NCBI GenBank assembly: GCA_913051785.1 | Contig: CAJXCK010000001.1 | Coordinates: 3,709 to 67,708 of the forward strand | Direction: 5' to 3' | Length of the DNA: 64,000 nucleotides | Source: an uncultured Gammaproteobacteria bacterium | GTDB taxonomy: Bacteria > Pseudomonadota > Gammaproteobacteria > Pseudomonadales > Azotimanducaceae | Shown: piece by piece, positions 41,104 through 50,843 of the stretch | How positions within the stretch are numbered: the first letter of the stretch is position 1 | Layout of the letters: each line of letters starts with the position of its first letter | The notes under the pieces: generated by a model | The model's input: only the letters and a program-made list of their open reading frames with translations | Database searches by the model: none | Told to the model about the DNA's origin: nothing | Position numbers and translations under genes: made by a program

Positions 41104-42204
41104 ATGAAAAAACTTTGGACACCGATTTGTGAGCGTCTTGGAATTGAACTCCCTATCTTTGGTTTCGCGCATGACGTGGATGTCGTTTCTGCTATAAGCA
41201 GTTGCGGCGGTTTTGGAGTTTATGGCGCAACGCGCAGATTTCCAGAAGAGATAAAACAAGAGCTTGCGATAATTCGCTCCAAGGTCGGAAAAAAAGTGTT
41301 CGGCGTGGACCTAGTGCTACCTCCTGGCATGCCCGAATTCAATTCTAGAGACGACATTGAGGCAGAGATTCCGGATGTTCATAAGCGATTCGTCGAGGAG
41401 CTAAAGAAAAAATATAATGTGCCTGATGCATCAGAGCCTGGTATGAGAACGAGATTTATACGCTCCAAAGAGATTGAAGAGCAGCAGCTTCACGCTGTCC
41501 TTCATTCAGACGTTGATATGTTGGCCTGTGGAATTGGAGCGCCGCCGAGTGTCGTAGCAGAAGCAAAAAGGCGGGGCAAATTAACGCTCGCATTGATAGG
41601 AAGTCCGCATCACGCAGTCAGAGCTTTGTCGGCAGGGGTAGATGTCATCGTCGCGCAGGGTTATGACGCTGGCGCGCACACTGGGCCGATTGGAACGTAT
41701 TCATTAGTGCCTCAAATAGTGGATCTGGCGGGAGACATACCGGTCTTGGTTGCGGGTGGTGTAGCAACTGGAAGGCATATCGCTGCGGCGCTAGCTATGG
41801 GAGCCCAGGGAGTTTGGCTGGGAACCGCTTGGTTATTTTCAAGTGAGCATCAGAGTCATTTACATCCGATCAACACGAAGAAGCTGATTGAGGCAACCAG
41901 CTCAGATACCGTCATAACGAAATCGGAAAGCGGGAAGCCTTTCCGTCAGGTTCGGTCTGAGTGGAGCCAGGCATGGGAAGATAATGATGCCCCTGAACCC
42001 CTGCGAATGCCTTTGCAAGATGTTCTGGTTGGCGATTTGTTGGGGGCTATAGAGGAGCATGACGTGGAACCTCTTATTCACTCGGGGGCTGGCCAGAGTG
42101 TGGGATACTTTGATCGAGTGAGACCGGTAGCCGAAATTATGGATGAGCTTGTTGCCGACGCCTGTGAATCATTGCGGAAGCAGGGCTCTTTTTTGAAATA
42201 CTGA
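41104..42204 (+). CDS. Nitronate monooxygenase / 2-nitropropane dioxygenase family FMN protein
   Basis: TIM-barrel NMO blocks: GIGAPP, VIVAQGYDAGAHTG, VLVAGGVATGRHIAAALAMGAQGVWLGT. Confidence 0.82.
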   Translation: MKKLWTPICERLGIELPIFGFAHDVDVVSAISSCGGFGVYGATRRFPEEIKQELAIIRSKVGKKVFGVDLVLPPGMPEFNSRDDIEAEIPDVHKRFVEELKKKYNVPDASEPGMRTRFIRSKEIEEQQLHAVLHSDVDMLACGIGAPPSVVAEAKRRGKLTLALIGSPHHAVRALSAGVDVIVAQGYDAGAHTGPIGTYSLVPQIVDLAGDIPVLVAGGVATGRHIAAALAMGAQGVWLGTAWLFSSEHQSHLHPINTKKLIEATSSDTVITKSESGKPFRQVRSEWSQAWEDNDAPEPLRMPLQDVLVGDLLGAIEEHDVEPLIHSGAGQSVGYFDRVRPVAEIMDELVADACESLRKQGSFLKY

Positions 42205-42205
42205 A

Positions 42206-42787
42206 TTGAAATCGAATTGTGTAAAACGATCGCTCGAAGTTTGGCTATTGTTATTCGCCTTTATAGCTCTCTCTCAAGCAGGCTGTTCCTCCAACTACCT
42301 CGCGGCTAGTTCCAATACTAACATTGATTTGCGAGGCTACTGGGAAATAGAGAATGCATCCTCAGATGATGTGCGGAAGCTTATTCAAAAAGAAAGCGAT
42401 GGCGCAGGTCTGGGCTCAAATTTAAGGAAAGAAGTTCAGAGATTACTAAGAGGCTCTGGGATCGCGTTGGTCCGACAAGAGTTCGGAGTTTTGTCGGCGG
42501 ACAGTATGTCAATTGAAGCTGATCAATTCTCGTTTGGATTCGATTATGAACCCGGCACATATCGAGATGTCTCGTTAGGGCGAAGGGATAGAGGAATATG
42601 GAAGGTATATTCAGGCTGGGATTCGGACGTATTCACAGTTGACTCAAACTCGTCAGACATTCGAGTGGTAGAGCGTTATTTAATGGAAGCAAATGGTAAG
42701 TTGATAGTTGATTTCATGGTGAGGGCTGATGGAGATACGGTTGAGCTAAAGCGAGTCTTTACGAGACGATCTCAAACTAAAAACTAA
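42206..42787 (+). CDS. Hypothetical lipoprotein
   Basis: Signal peptide with a lipobox (LSQAGC|S). I do not recognise a family. Confidence 0.55.
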   Translation: MKSNCVKRSLEVWLLLFAFIALSQAGCSSNYLAASSNTNIDLRGYWEIENASSDDVRKLIQKESDGAGLGSNLRKEVQRLLRGSGIALVRQEFGVLSADSMSIEADQFSFGFDYEPGTYRDVSLGRRDRGIWKVYSGWDSDVFTVDSNSSDIRVVERYLMEANGKLIVDFMVRADGDTVELKRVFTRRSQTKN

Positions 42788-42883
42788 TCTTAAGCTATCA
42801 ATGGGTTTTTGAATCTTGCAATTGTTACTTAGCCAACTAAAATGGTGCTGCTTCTCGGGGAACGCCCTTCAGTAGAAGCTTAC

Positions 42884-42959
42884 TCCGCCTTAGCTCAGTT
42901 GGTAGAGCAGCTGACTGTTAATCAGCGGGTCGCTGGTTCGAGCCCAGCAGGCGGAGCCA
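42884..42959 (+). tRNA. tRNA-Asn (anticodon GTT) with encoded CCA
   Basis: A cloverleaf can be drawn by hand. Acceptor stem TCCGCCT/AGGCGGA, D-arm TAGCTCAGTTGGTAGAGCA, anticodon stem GCTGA/TCAGC with loop CTGTTAA, T-arm GGTTCGAGCCC, discriminator G plus CCA. Confidence 0.95.
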
Positions 42960-43015
42960 ACTTTTCGCCCCGTTCCATGGGGTAGTGAGGTTCTGCTGAT
43001 GTCGGTGCGACTAGC

Positions 43016-44017
43016 ATGAAATTCAAAGCGATCGGAAACTCAGGAATCTCGGCGTCAGTCATTGGATTTGGCACGGCTGGAATTCAAGAGACTACAAGTG
43101 AAACAAATATTAGTGATAAAGAGATCATCAACACAATTCACGCTGCTATCGATAAAGGCGTTAACCTCATTGATACGGCCCCATCTTATGGATGGGGGCG
43201 CGCGGAAAGTGTAATCGGCCGAGCAATATCCGATCGCTCTGATAGAGTCATTGTTGCGACAAAGTGCGGCGTTTTATTGGACGATCAGCGTGGTTCCTTC
43301 ATTGGTGTGAAAAACGGCCGTAAAACGTATCTTAGTCTTGAGCCGTCAGTGATTGTCGAAGAGGTAGAGGCAAGCCTAAGAAGATTGAACAGAGACTATA
43401 TTGATTTATTGCAGTGTCATAAACCTTCGATCCCTCCAGCGAGGACGCCAATCGAAGAGACCATGAATTGTCTTATGAACTTAAAAAAAGAAGGCAAGGT
43501 GAGGGCAATTGGAATTTCAAATGTGTCTCTTGAAGAATTGGATTCATATCGACGGGCTGGTGAATTAGATAGTAATCAGTTTCGTTACAGCATGTTATCG
43601 AGAGAGGCAGATCAGCAGCAGACGCCTTTTTGCAGAAAATATGAGATCTCCGGTATTGCTTACTGGTGTTTGGAGCAAGGCTTGCTTACAGGCAGTGTTG
43701 GCCCGGAACGCATTTTTAGCAAGGATGATTTTAGAAATGATGTTGCAGACTGGTTGCCATGGTTTAGGATTGAAAATCGAAGACGGCTGCAAGGCATGTT
43801 TTCGACATGGAATGATTTAACACAGAAATACTCCTGCTCAATTGGCAATATTGCCACGGCTTGGACTCTAGGCCAGCCAGGGGTCACTCATGCATTGCTT
43901 GGGAATAAAAGCACTCAACAAGCAATCTCCAACGCCTACTCTGGCTCTTTCAGATTAGATGAAGAAGATATGAAGCGAATTAATGCAGACCTGGTTGGAT
44001 TGGGTCCGCCTGTTTAA
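43016..44017 (+). CDS. Aldo/keto reductase
   Basis: AKR blocks: IDTAPSYGWGRAE, ...DLLQCHKP..., GKVRAIGISN. 333 aa. Confidence 0.88.
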   Translation: MKFKAIGNSGISASVIGFGTAGIQETTSETNISDKEIINTIHAAIDKGVNLIDTAPSYGWGRAESVIGRAISDRSDRVIVATKCGVLLDDQRGSFIGVKNGRKTYLSLEPSVIVEEVEASLRRLNRDYIDLLQCHKPSIPPARTPIEETMNCLMNLKKEGKVRAIGISNVSLEELDSYRRAGELDSNQFRYSMLSREADQQQTPFCRKYEISGIAYWCLEQGLLTGSVGPERIFSKDDFRNDVADWLPWFRIENRRRLQGMFSTWNDLTQKYSCSIGNIATAWTLGQPGVTHALLGNKSTQQAISNAYSGSFRLDEEDMKRINADLVGLGPPV

Positions 44018-44129
44018 GGATATATAAAATCACCCTAAGTAAACGCGAGCGAGAAATAATATATTCCTAGAAAGAATATATAATATTTTAATTATTCCCT
44101 ATGATAATTACCCTTTTTTACTATTATCA

Positions 44130-44333
44130 ATGGTGCCGGGGGGCAATCTGGAAAAGGTTTTTAACATGGAAAACGCAGCTAAGAAGAGACCGAACATCGA
44201 CCAAGAGGCAGTCGCCAATAAGATGCCAACCGAAATAAAAAGTACACCGGCCTATCCGAAATTAGCCGAGGATCTCTCTGAATTCGAACGAGCAAGGATG
44301 TCGAGCAAAACTTGGTCAATGGAGCAGGACTAA
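44130..44333 (+). CDS. Small hypothetical protein (doubtful)
   Basis: Only an ORF call. It is hydrophilic, 67 aa (or 55 aa from MENAAKK), with no recognisable motif, and sits in an otherwise noncoding stretch. Confidence 0.25.
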   Translation: MVPGGNLEKVFNMENAAKKRPNIDQEAVANKMPTEIKSTPAYPKLAEDLSEFERARMSSKTWSMEQD

Positions 44334-44615
44334 AGTTCAATCGAGGTTGGATTTGAAGATAGTAACCGGCCTTAATGCTTCCTCTTCTCAATAGGAAAGA
44401 AATCGCCCAAAGCCTATAGCTTCAGGTGAAAAGGGGGTGGCGTGACCTTGCTGAATCCTTCTCCTAAGAGAGGGAAGCGACCCGCTAACCAAGAGTGTTA
44501 GGTCCTCCATTGAAATACTCTCCTCAGTCTATGGACGGCAGGGTCCAGCTTGGGGTTGGTAAAAAAGCGCAAAAAAGATATGTTTTGATATTACGTTTAA
44601 GGGAGGAGGCGTTCT

Positions 44616-46262
44616 ATGCGTTATTTTGTCGGTTTGGTCTTTATCTTAATATTGGGTTGTACTCAACAGGAGCCAACCAAAAGCCCTGTCGGAACTGTAG
44701 TACAAACCTCAGCGGGAGCGATTTCGGGCATTACTCGCGATGGAGTACTCAAAGAGTATATGGGCATTCCCTACGCGGCACCGCCTGTTGGGGCTCTTCG
44801 CTGGGCGCCGCCCGCAGTTATTGAATCCTGGGAGGGTACGGTTGATGCATCCAAGCCAGGACCCGCGTGTATGCAACCCCAGGGCATGGGGGGGGATTTT
44901 TATGGAACGACAGGCTTTGAGATGTCGGAAGACTGTCTCCTACTGAATGTCCACACGAGAGCAGACAATGAAGAAGATGCCATGCCTGTTATGGTATGGA
45001 TACACGGCGGTGCTCTAGTTACTGGCTCAGGGAGCGAATACCCCGGTGAATTACTTACGTCAAAGGGGGTGGTTTTGGTCACCATCAACTATCGATTAGG
45101 TATATTCGGCTTTAATGCGCACGAACTTTTAAGCCAAGAAAACCTCTCAGGAGTGTCAGGTAATCAAGGGCTTCGTGATCAAATATTTGCCCTAGAGTGG
45201 GTTCGTGACAACATATCGAAATTTGGTGGAGATCCGCAAAACGTAACTATTTTTGGTGAGTCGGCTGGATCTTTGAGCGTGTCGCTGTTGCAAGCGAGTC
45301 CGTTAGCGAAAGGTTTGTTTCATCGTGTAATCGGACAGAGCGGGGGAGCATTTCAGCCAATGGCTTTCAGAGCGGAGGCAAGAAACGGCCATCAGTCAGC
45401 GGAATCGATTGGTGCCGATTGTGCGGCGGCCATGTTGGGAGATTCAGTTGACGACGTTGGTTTGGAAGCTCTGCGAGGTCTGCCTGCAGTAAGCATTATA
45501 GAAAGAACAATGCAAAATGCAGAAAACCCAACATCACTTTGCACCGCTTATGACAGCCTGGCGATTGTCGATGGTGAGGTCATACCGGAAGAAGTTCAGT
45601 CGATCTTCGACCAGGGGTTGCAATCAGATGTGCCCATTATGATTGGTTCTAATGCGGATGAGGCTACGACCTTTCTTCCTATGTTCAAGGCTTTGTCAGA
45701 AGATCCCTCGGATAGCAAAACAGGTATGATGGAACAAGCGCGGATCTTCTTGCCTGAAGTGCTTGAGGACTTGGAGGAGTTCTATCCTACTCAGGAAGGC
45801 GTTGAAGTCGATGAATCCTGGTCCAACATGTTCAGTGATGTTTTATTCACTTATCCCATGCGTGTTTGGTCACGCCAAATGGAGAAAGTGGAAAGCGACG
45901 CTTACCTTTATTGGTTTACCTGGGCGCCTCCCGTGGAAGATAGCGAGCAGTATGGTGCGTTTCATGCTGGAGAACTCGGGTATATTTTCGGAAATCTTGA
46001 TCTTTTTGGGGCCAAGCCCACAGCGAAGGATGAAGAGTTTTCCGAACTAATGGCTACCATCTGGACGCAGTTTGCGAAAACCGGCAATCCCAATGGCCAA
46101 AATCTCCCGCAGTGGGACGCTTACTCAGTTGACAACGAATTCTATATGGAACTCGGTCTTGATACAGGTCAGAAGTCTCAGTTGCGACTCGGAGAAATGG
46201 CTTTGATAGAACGAGCCTGGAGCGATCGCCGCGCTGCTGGAGCTAATGAGGAAAGTTTGTGA
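44616..46262 (+). CDS. Carboxylesterase type B (para-nitrobenzyl-esterase-like), lipoprotein signal
   Basis: Strong RBS (AAGGGAGGAGG), lipobox LILGC, YAAPPVG..RW, EDCL.LNV, HGG oxyanion hole, and nucleophile elbow FGESAGS. Confidence 0.9.
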   Translation: MRYFVGLVFILILGCTQQEPTKSPVGTVVQTSAGAISGITRDGVLKEYMGIPYAAPPVGALRWAPPAVIESWEGTVDASKPGPACMQPQGMGGDFYGTTGFEMSEDCLLLNVHTRADNEEDAMPVMVWIHGGALVTGSGSEYPGELLTSKGVVLVTINYRLGIFGFNAHELLSQENLSGVSGNQGLRDQIFALEWVRDNISKFGGDPQNVTIFGESAGSLSVSLLQASPLAKGLFHRVIGQSGGAFQPMAFRAEARNGHQSAESIGADCAAAMLGDSVDDVGLEALRGLPAVSIIERTMQNAENPTSLCTAYDSLAIVDGEVIPEEVQSIFDQGLQSDVPIMIGSNADEATTFLPMFKALSEDPSDSKTGMMEQARIFLPEVLEDLEEFYPTQEGVEVDESWSNMFSDVLFTYPMRVWSRQMEKVESDAYLYWFTWAPPVEDSEQYGAFHAGELGYIFGNLDLFGAKPTAKDEEFSELMATIWTQFAKTGNPNGQNLPQWDAYSVDNEFYMELGLDTGQKSQLRLGEMALIERAWSDRRAAGANEESL

Positions 46263-46327
46263 AACTCCTAGCACGATCATTTTTCAATCAAGCGACGTTA
46301 GCGGATGAATGAAACCGAAGTTTTATT

Positions 46328-46957
46328 ATGACGGTTGAAAAAATAGTGTGGGGTGGATTGACTATCCTGTTTTTAGCGTTCTTTTCTTGGTACACCTCTT
46401 TTAGTGGACCTCTATCTGATCAGGAGATTGACTATTATTTGCAAAAATTTCAGGAGCGAGAAGACACCACGAGTGATGGGATTGAGCGTTTAGAGAAGTT
46501 CCTCAGAGAAGATACGGGTGATGACTTTGTCATGGTTAATCTGATTGAAATTTATGAAACTCCGCTGCGTATTGAAGGAGTTAAAGAGGGAGACTCAAGT
46601 GCAGCTGTCTTGGATAAATACATGGAGTTTATGTGGCCCGAGCTTATTAAGAGGGCTTCGCACCCGATTTGGATGGGTGATTCAGCGAGCCAGGCGATGG
46701 ACTTGATGAATGCAGATGGCATGGAAACGTGGACTCGCGCGGCGGGTATGCGCTATCGCAGCAGGAGGGATTTGGTGGAAATCGGTTCCAACCCTGAATT
46801 TTCCGGATCTCACGCTTATAAAGTCGCAGCGATGAGCAAGACCATTGCATTCCCCATAGACCCCTGGTTTCAATTGGGTGACCCCAGAATAATGCTCGCT
46901 TTTATATTAACGCTAGTTGGATTAGCTACGAGCCTCACGGCTAGAAGGAATCGTTGA
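46328..46957 (+). CDS. Membrane-anchored hypothetical protein, DUF1330-like core
   Basis: N- and C-terminal TM helices. The central segment (FVMVNLIE...YRSRRD...) resembles the DUF1330 protein at 62549-63004. The family assignment is tentative. Confidence 0.5.
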   Translation: MTVEKIVWGGLTILFLAFFSWYTSFSGPLSDQEIDYYLQKFQEREDTTSDGIERLEKFLREDTGDDFVMVNLIEIYETPLRIEGVKEGDSSAAVLDKYMEFMWPELIKRASHPIWMGDSASQAMDLMNADGMETWTRAAGMRYRSRRDLVEIGSNPEFSGSHAYKVAAMSKTIAFPIDPWFQLGDPRIMLAFILTLVGLATSLTARRNR

Positions 46958-46990
46958 AACCGATTTCGGTAGAATGGTAGTGAGAAATTA

Positions 46991-48259
46991 ATGGCCATCA
47001 ATAATCTTGTAGAAAAGCGAAATCAGTCGATGGGGAGAGGCCCCCTGTTTTATCGGCAACCCTTGGAGCTAGTCAGAGGGCAAGGTGTCTGGCTCTTTGA
47101 CTCGGATGGCAAGCGGTACATGGACTGCTATAACAATGTGCCGTGCGTTGGTCATTGTCACCCACATATTTTGAAGGCAATGAACAAGCAGGCTGGTTTG
47201 CTTAATACCCACAGCCGTTACTTAAGTCAGACTGTAATAGACTATTCTGAGCGCTTGATGAGCCTGCATGCAGAGTCGCTTGAAGTTCTGCAGATGGTGT
47301 GTAGCGGTACGGAGGCGATTGAGTTCGCGATGCGTTTAGCTCGTAGTCATACAAGAGGTATGGGGATAATTTGTAGTAACGCGACTTACCATGGCAACAG
47401 TCATGAGACATTTCGCATGACGGTAGGACCCTTTGAGCCTGACTTTCGACGAGTCTCTTTCCCTGATTTTTACCGACCTCTTCCTGCGGCTATTGGAAAG
47501 GACGATTTTTGCCAACCCTATCTGGAAGAGATCAAGGCAGCTATTGATGGATTCGCTGCAGATGGGGTGCAATTTGCTGGACTTCTATTCTGCTCACTTT
47601 TTGCCAATGAAGGCTTGCCGAATATTCCAAAGGATTATATGTCTCGTGCCGCTAACATAGTCCGAGAGGCCGGTGGCGTTGTTATCTTTGATGAGGTTCA
47701 AGCTGGTTTTTGCAGAAGTGGTGAATGGTGGGGTTATGAAGTGGTTGATTGCATCCCAGACATTGTGGCGATGGGTAAACCAATGGGAGCGGGCTATCCG
47801 ACCGGAGGTGTAGGTGCTCGAGCCGATATCATGGAATCGTTCTTCGACAAGAGCGGCTACTTCAATACGATGGCAGCGACACCTCTTCAAGCAGCGGTAG
47901 CAAATGCAGTTTTAGATATCATTGAGAACGAAGACATTTGCAATAGAGTGAGCATAGTTGGTCGATACTTACGGGGGAAGCTTGACTCATTTAAGGAAAG
48001 GTATGAGTCGGTAGGCGATGTCAGAGGTCAAGGACTCTTTTTAGCGATTGATTGGGTAAAGGACAAGAAGAGTAGGGCGCCAGATCGGGATGGGGCGATT
48101 GAGGTTGTCGAAAAGTTGAAGGAGCTGGGATTTTTAATCTCCAATGCAGGGGTGCACCGTAATGTGTTGAAAATTAGGCCGCCCTTAGTATTCAACGAAG
48201 AAAATGCTGACGAGCTTTGTGAAGCCTTAGATAGCGCTTTTGAGTTCGTAGCGAGTTGA
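46991..48259 (+). CDS. Class-III PLP enzyme of the AGXT2L/ETNPPL type (putative aminoalcohol-phosphate phospho-lyase or aminotransferase)
   Basis: VGHCHPHILKAMNKQAGLLNTHSRYLS closely resembles the GHCHP...LNTNSRFL block of the AGXT2L1/2 subfamily as I recall it. It also has DEVQAGFCRSG and a GKPMG Lys motif. Confidence 0.8.
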   Translation: MAINNLVEKRNQSMGRGPLFYRQPLELVRGQGVWLFDSDGKRYMDCYNNVPCVGHCHPHILKAMNKQAGLLNTHSRYLSQTVIDYSERLMSLHAESLEVLQMVCSGTEAIEFAMRLARSHTRGMGIICSNATYHGNSHETFRMTVGPFEPDFRRVSFPDFYRPLPAAIGKDDFCQPYLEEIKAAIDGFAADGVQFAGLLFCSLFANEGLPNIPKDYMSRAANIVREAGGVVIFDEVQAGFCRSGEWWGYEVVDCIPDIVAMGKPMGAGYPTGGVGARADIMESFFDKSGYFNTMAATPLQAAVANAVLDIIENEDICNRVSIVGRYLRGKLDSFKERYESVGDVRGQGLFLAIDWVKDKKSRAPDRDGAIEVVEKLKELGFLISNAGVHRNVLKIRPPLVFNEENADELCEALDSAFEFVAS

Positions 48260-48266
48260 AGGATTT

Positions 48267-49271
48267 GTGTTACTTCCAACTGAAAGCTTAGAGCAGCTGG
48301 CAAAGAAAGCCCTTGAGTTGTGGTCGATTGATGCAGAATCGATCCAACTATTTTCTCAAAGTGAAAATACCGTCTTCAAGATTAAAGATCGCGCTGGGAA
48401 GGATTATGCCCTGAGAGTTCATCGGCCTGGTTATCACACGCGAGCGGAGCTAGAGTCAGAGCAGCAATGGACTGAATTTTTGTCGGAGAATGGGATAGCT
48501 GTGCCGACAGCCTTGAAGTCTAAAGACGGGCGGTATTATGAAAAAGTCTCGGTGGCAGGTACTGAGGAGACTCGACAAATAGGCATAGTTGATTGGGTCG
48601 CTGGAGTACCATTGTCCGAATTATTGCAGGACGACCCTTCGAAGAACAAGATTCGAAATACCTTTAGTATGCTAGGTAGTCTTATGGCCAACTGCCATTT
48701 GGCTGCTAAATCTTGGAAGCCGAAATGTGGATTCTCCAGACACCGCTGGGATACCGAAGGATTTGTAGGGGAAAAACCCTTTTGGGGAAAGTTCTGGGAA
48801 TTAGGTGCTTCGGACAAGGAGACAAGGCAACGACTCGTGAAAATTAAAAATCAGATTAAGAATCTACTTTCTGATTTGCCCCAAGACACAAATTGCTTTG
48901 GGATGATTCATGCAGATATGCACTTGGATAATGTTTTGAAAGATGGCAACCGTTTGAATGTCATCGATTTTGATGATGCGGGCTACGGTTGGCACGCCTT
49001 TGATCTAGCGGTAGGAGTCTATAATTTACTATTAAACTCGAAAACGCGAACTCATTTCGAACTGGCTAGATCGGCGATGGCTGAGGGTTACTTAGAAGCT
49101 AGGCCGAAATCTGAATATATTGTTGCCATGGTTCCGCTTTTCCTGTTGATGCGGTCGTTGATGACCCTGAAATGGATCGAAGACAGGCCAGAAGTGGGTC
49201 ACAATGAAATGATCCCTCAATTGACCGAACTCGCGTTCGAGCAAGCACGGGGTTTAACGCTCAAATTCTAA
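48267..49271 (+). CDS. APH-family phosphotransferase (hydroxylysine-kinase / homoserine-kinase-II-like)
   Basis: Protein-kinase-like fold blocks: LRVHRPGY, catalytic HADMHLDNVL, and IDFDDAG (DFD). It starts 8 nt after the aminotransferase stop. Confidence 0.8.
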   Translation: MLLPTESLEQLAKKALELWSIDAESIQLFSQSENTVFKIKDRAGKDYALRVHRPGYHTRAELESEQQWTEFLSENGIAVPTALKSKDGRYYEKVSVAGTEETRQIGIVDWVAGVPLSELLQDDPSKNKIRNTFSMLGSLMANCHLAAKSWKPKCGFSRHRWDTEGFVGEKPFWGKFWELGASDKETRQRLVKIKNQIKNLLSDLPQDTNCFGMIHADMHLDNVLKDGNRLNVIDFDDAGYGWHAFDLAVGVYNLLLNSKTRTHFELARSAMAEGYLEARPKSEYIVAMVPLFLLMRSLMTLKWIEDRPEVGHNEMIPQLTELAFEQARGLTLKF

Positions 49272-49299
49272 TGTCTTAAGCGCTCGTGAGTAGGTAACA

Positions 49300-50670
49300 C
49301 TAGGAATTTGCTATCAGGGCCCGCAGGCGTGGACCGTTTTCCGCAACCCTCTGAAAGATCTCGACCATTCTAGCAGCTTGTTCTTCCGAGAATGTCTCCC
49401 GACTGGTTGTCATTGAGGAAGTCGGATCCAATCTATTCGATGCAAGCCACGTCGTAATCGCCTCATTTTGAGACCAATTAATTGCGTTCTCCCCACTCTG
49501 CTGATTACTCACCAACCAATCATTCGTTTCATCTGGATGTGGCACCGGCTTTAGCAGTCTGTTTTTCTCGTCATCCTCTTCATAGAGTGTCTCAACGTAG
49601 CCGATAAGTGCTGCGGAGAACACTTGCTGACAGGTTCTCACGGATTGGAGTGTGATCCGTTCTTTGTCGAAGATTGCTTTTGTCGGTCTCTTTGCAAGGC
49701 CATCAGAAGTACAGTAAATGTTGAGATTTTGATCATCATTTGGGAGCGAGCCGTGTGTGAGTTTAATTTCATTTTCGGTGATGCTAGTCACCCTGGATCC
49801 CCTCGTAATCTTCTCAATTTTGCGCAGTTCTTCCAGTTCAGTTTTTGTCACCGTAGCGCACCGATACATGGTTGGTGAGATTGTCTTATCCAGTCTCATT
49901 AGTGAACCGGACTCTTCGAGCAGCAGAAATAAGTCTTGAAGATCTTTTGCCTCAGCGATTGACGCGTTTTGATGAAACATGCTCATCCCTAACGATTCCA
50001 TGATCGGTTGGATGTTAGCTCGGTCAAGAAGCCAGGAATCTCTCGGCATAATCCATTGAATAGCAGAGGGACTAATTCCAAATTGAAGGAGAAACAGTAT
50101 CGCGTCAAAAGCGGTTTTCCCACCTCCAATAATGGTATAGGTCTGCGCTGAGCCAAGCTCTTTGGGCAATTCATTTGGCGCAATTACCCGTGATTTGCCG
50201 TCGATCTTAAACGGAGGCGGTCCCATCGACGGCACTGAGACATTCATATAAGTGGCATCCACAACCTTGGTGGTCTCGTAATTGATGAGCGATCCACTTT
50301 TTGATTTTAGTGTCCCGTCCTCGTGGAACTCTGTCATCGGAACGAATTGAACCCGGTTGCTATCAAGAAATTCCGTCATCACTTGCTCGTAGTAGGACAC
50401 TATTTGATGCTTCGATGCCAGCTCAAACAAGCCTTTGTTGTAGCCCGTTAAATCAACTCGATTACTACCAAGCTCCTTTGAATTGACACCATAAAAAGCT
50501 GATGGCTGGTGCAAGCGAACGTATGGATAAGCGACGTTCCAGTGACCGCCCGGCCCATTGTTTTTGTCTACGATAATTAGAGTGGATTGGGTGTTGTGAA
50601 TAATGGAGTCGGCAAAAGCCATGCCCATGGCCCCAGCCCCAATCACTAGGTAGTCCGCTTTGAGCATCAT
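49300..50670 (-). CDS. FAD/NAD(P)-binding oxidoreductase (flavin monooxygenase-like)
   Basis: N-terminal dinucleotide fold DYLVIGAGAMGMA plus GPGGHW, and a second GG motif (TIIGGGKTAFD). The subfamily is not identified. Confidence 0.7.
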   Translation of the reverse strand: MMLKADYLVIGAGAMGMAFADSIIHNTQSTLIIVDKNNGPGGHWNVAYPYVRLHQPSAFYGVNSKELGSNRVDLTGYNKGLFELASKHQIVSYYEQVMTEFLDSNRVQFVPMTEFHEDGTLKSKSGSLINYETTKVVDATYMNVSVPSMGPPPFKIDGKSRVIAPNELPKELGSAQTYTIIGGGKTAFDAILFLLQFGISPSAIQWIMPRDSWLLDRANIQPIMESLGMSMFHQNASIAEAKDLQDLFLLLEESGSLMRLDKTISPTMYRCATVTKTELEELRKIEKITRGSRVTSITENEIKLTHGSLPNDDQNLNIYCTSDGLAKRPTKAIFDKERITLQSVRTCQQVFSAALIGYVETLYEEDDEKNRLLKPVPHPDETNDWLVSNQQSGENAINWSQNEAITTWLASNRLDPTSSMTTSRETFSEEQAARMVEIFQRVAENGPRLRALIANS

Positions 50671-50843
50671 GTTTCTCCTTCTTTGATCCGAATGGCCTTC
50701 AATCGAAACTGAATTTAACCAGCAAAGATTATATATGAGACTGGTCGCATTTTTAGGATTCCGTATTTTGAAGGGATGATTTAGCAGGGGCGTGTTAAAA
50801 TTTCCACATCGAAAATGCAGAAAGATAAGTGTCGGGAATGTGA

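Noticed and set aside
44400-44530. A possible cobalamin or other riboswitch upstream of the esterase, suggested by the fragments GCTGAATCC, AGGGAAGC and GACCCGCTAACC.
   Set aside because: The order of the fragments does not match the cobalamin riboswitch core, and no B12 box (AGYCMGGAGACCKGCC-like) is present. I could not fit it to the TPP, SAM, glycine or other classes by eye. It is kept only as an unexplained noncoding region.
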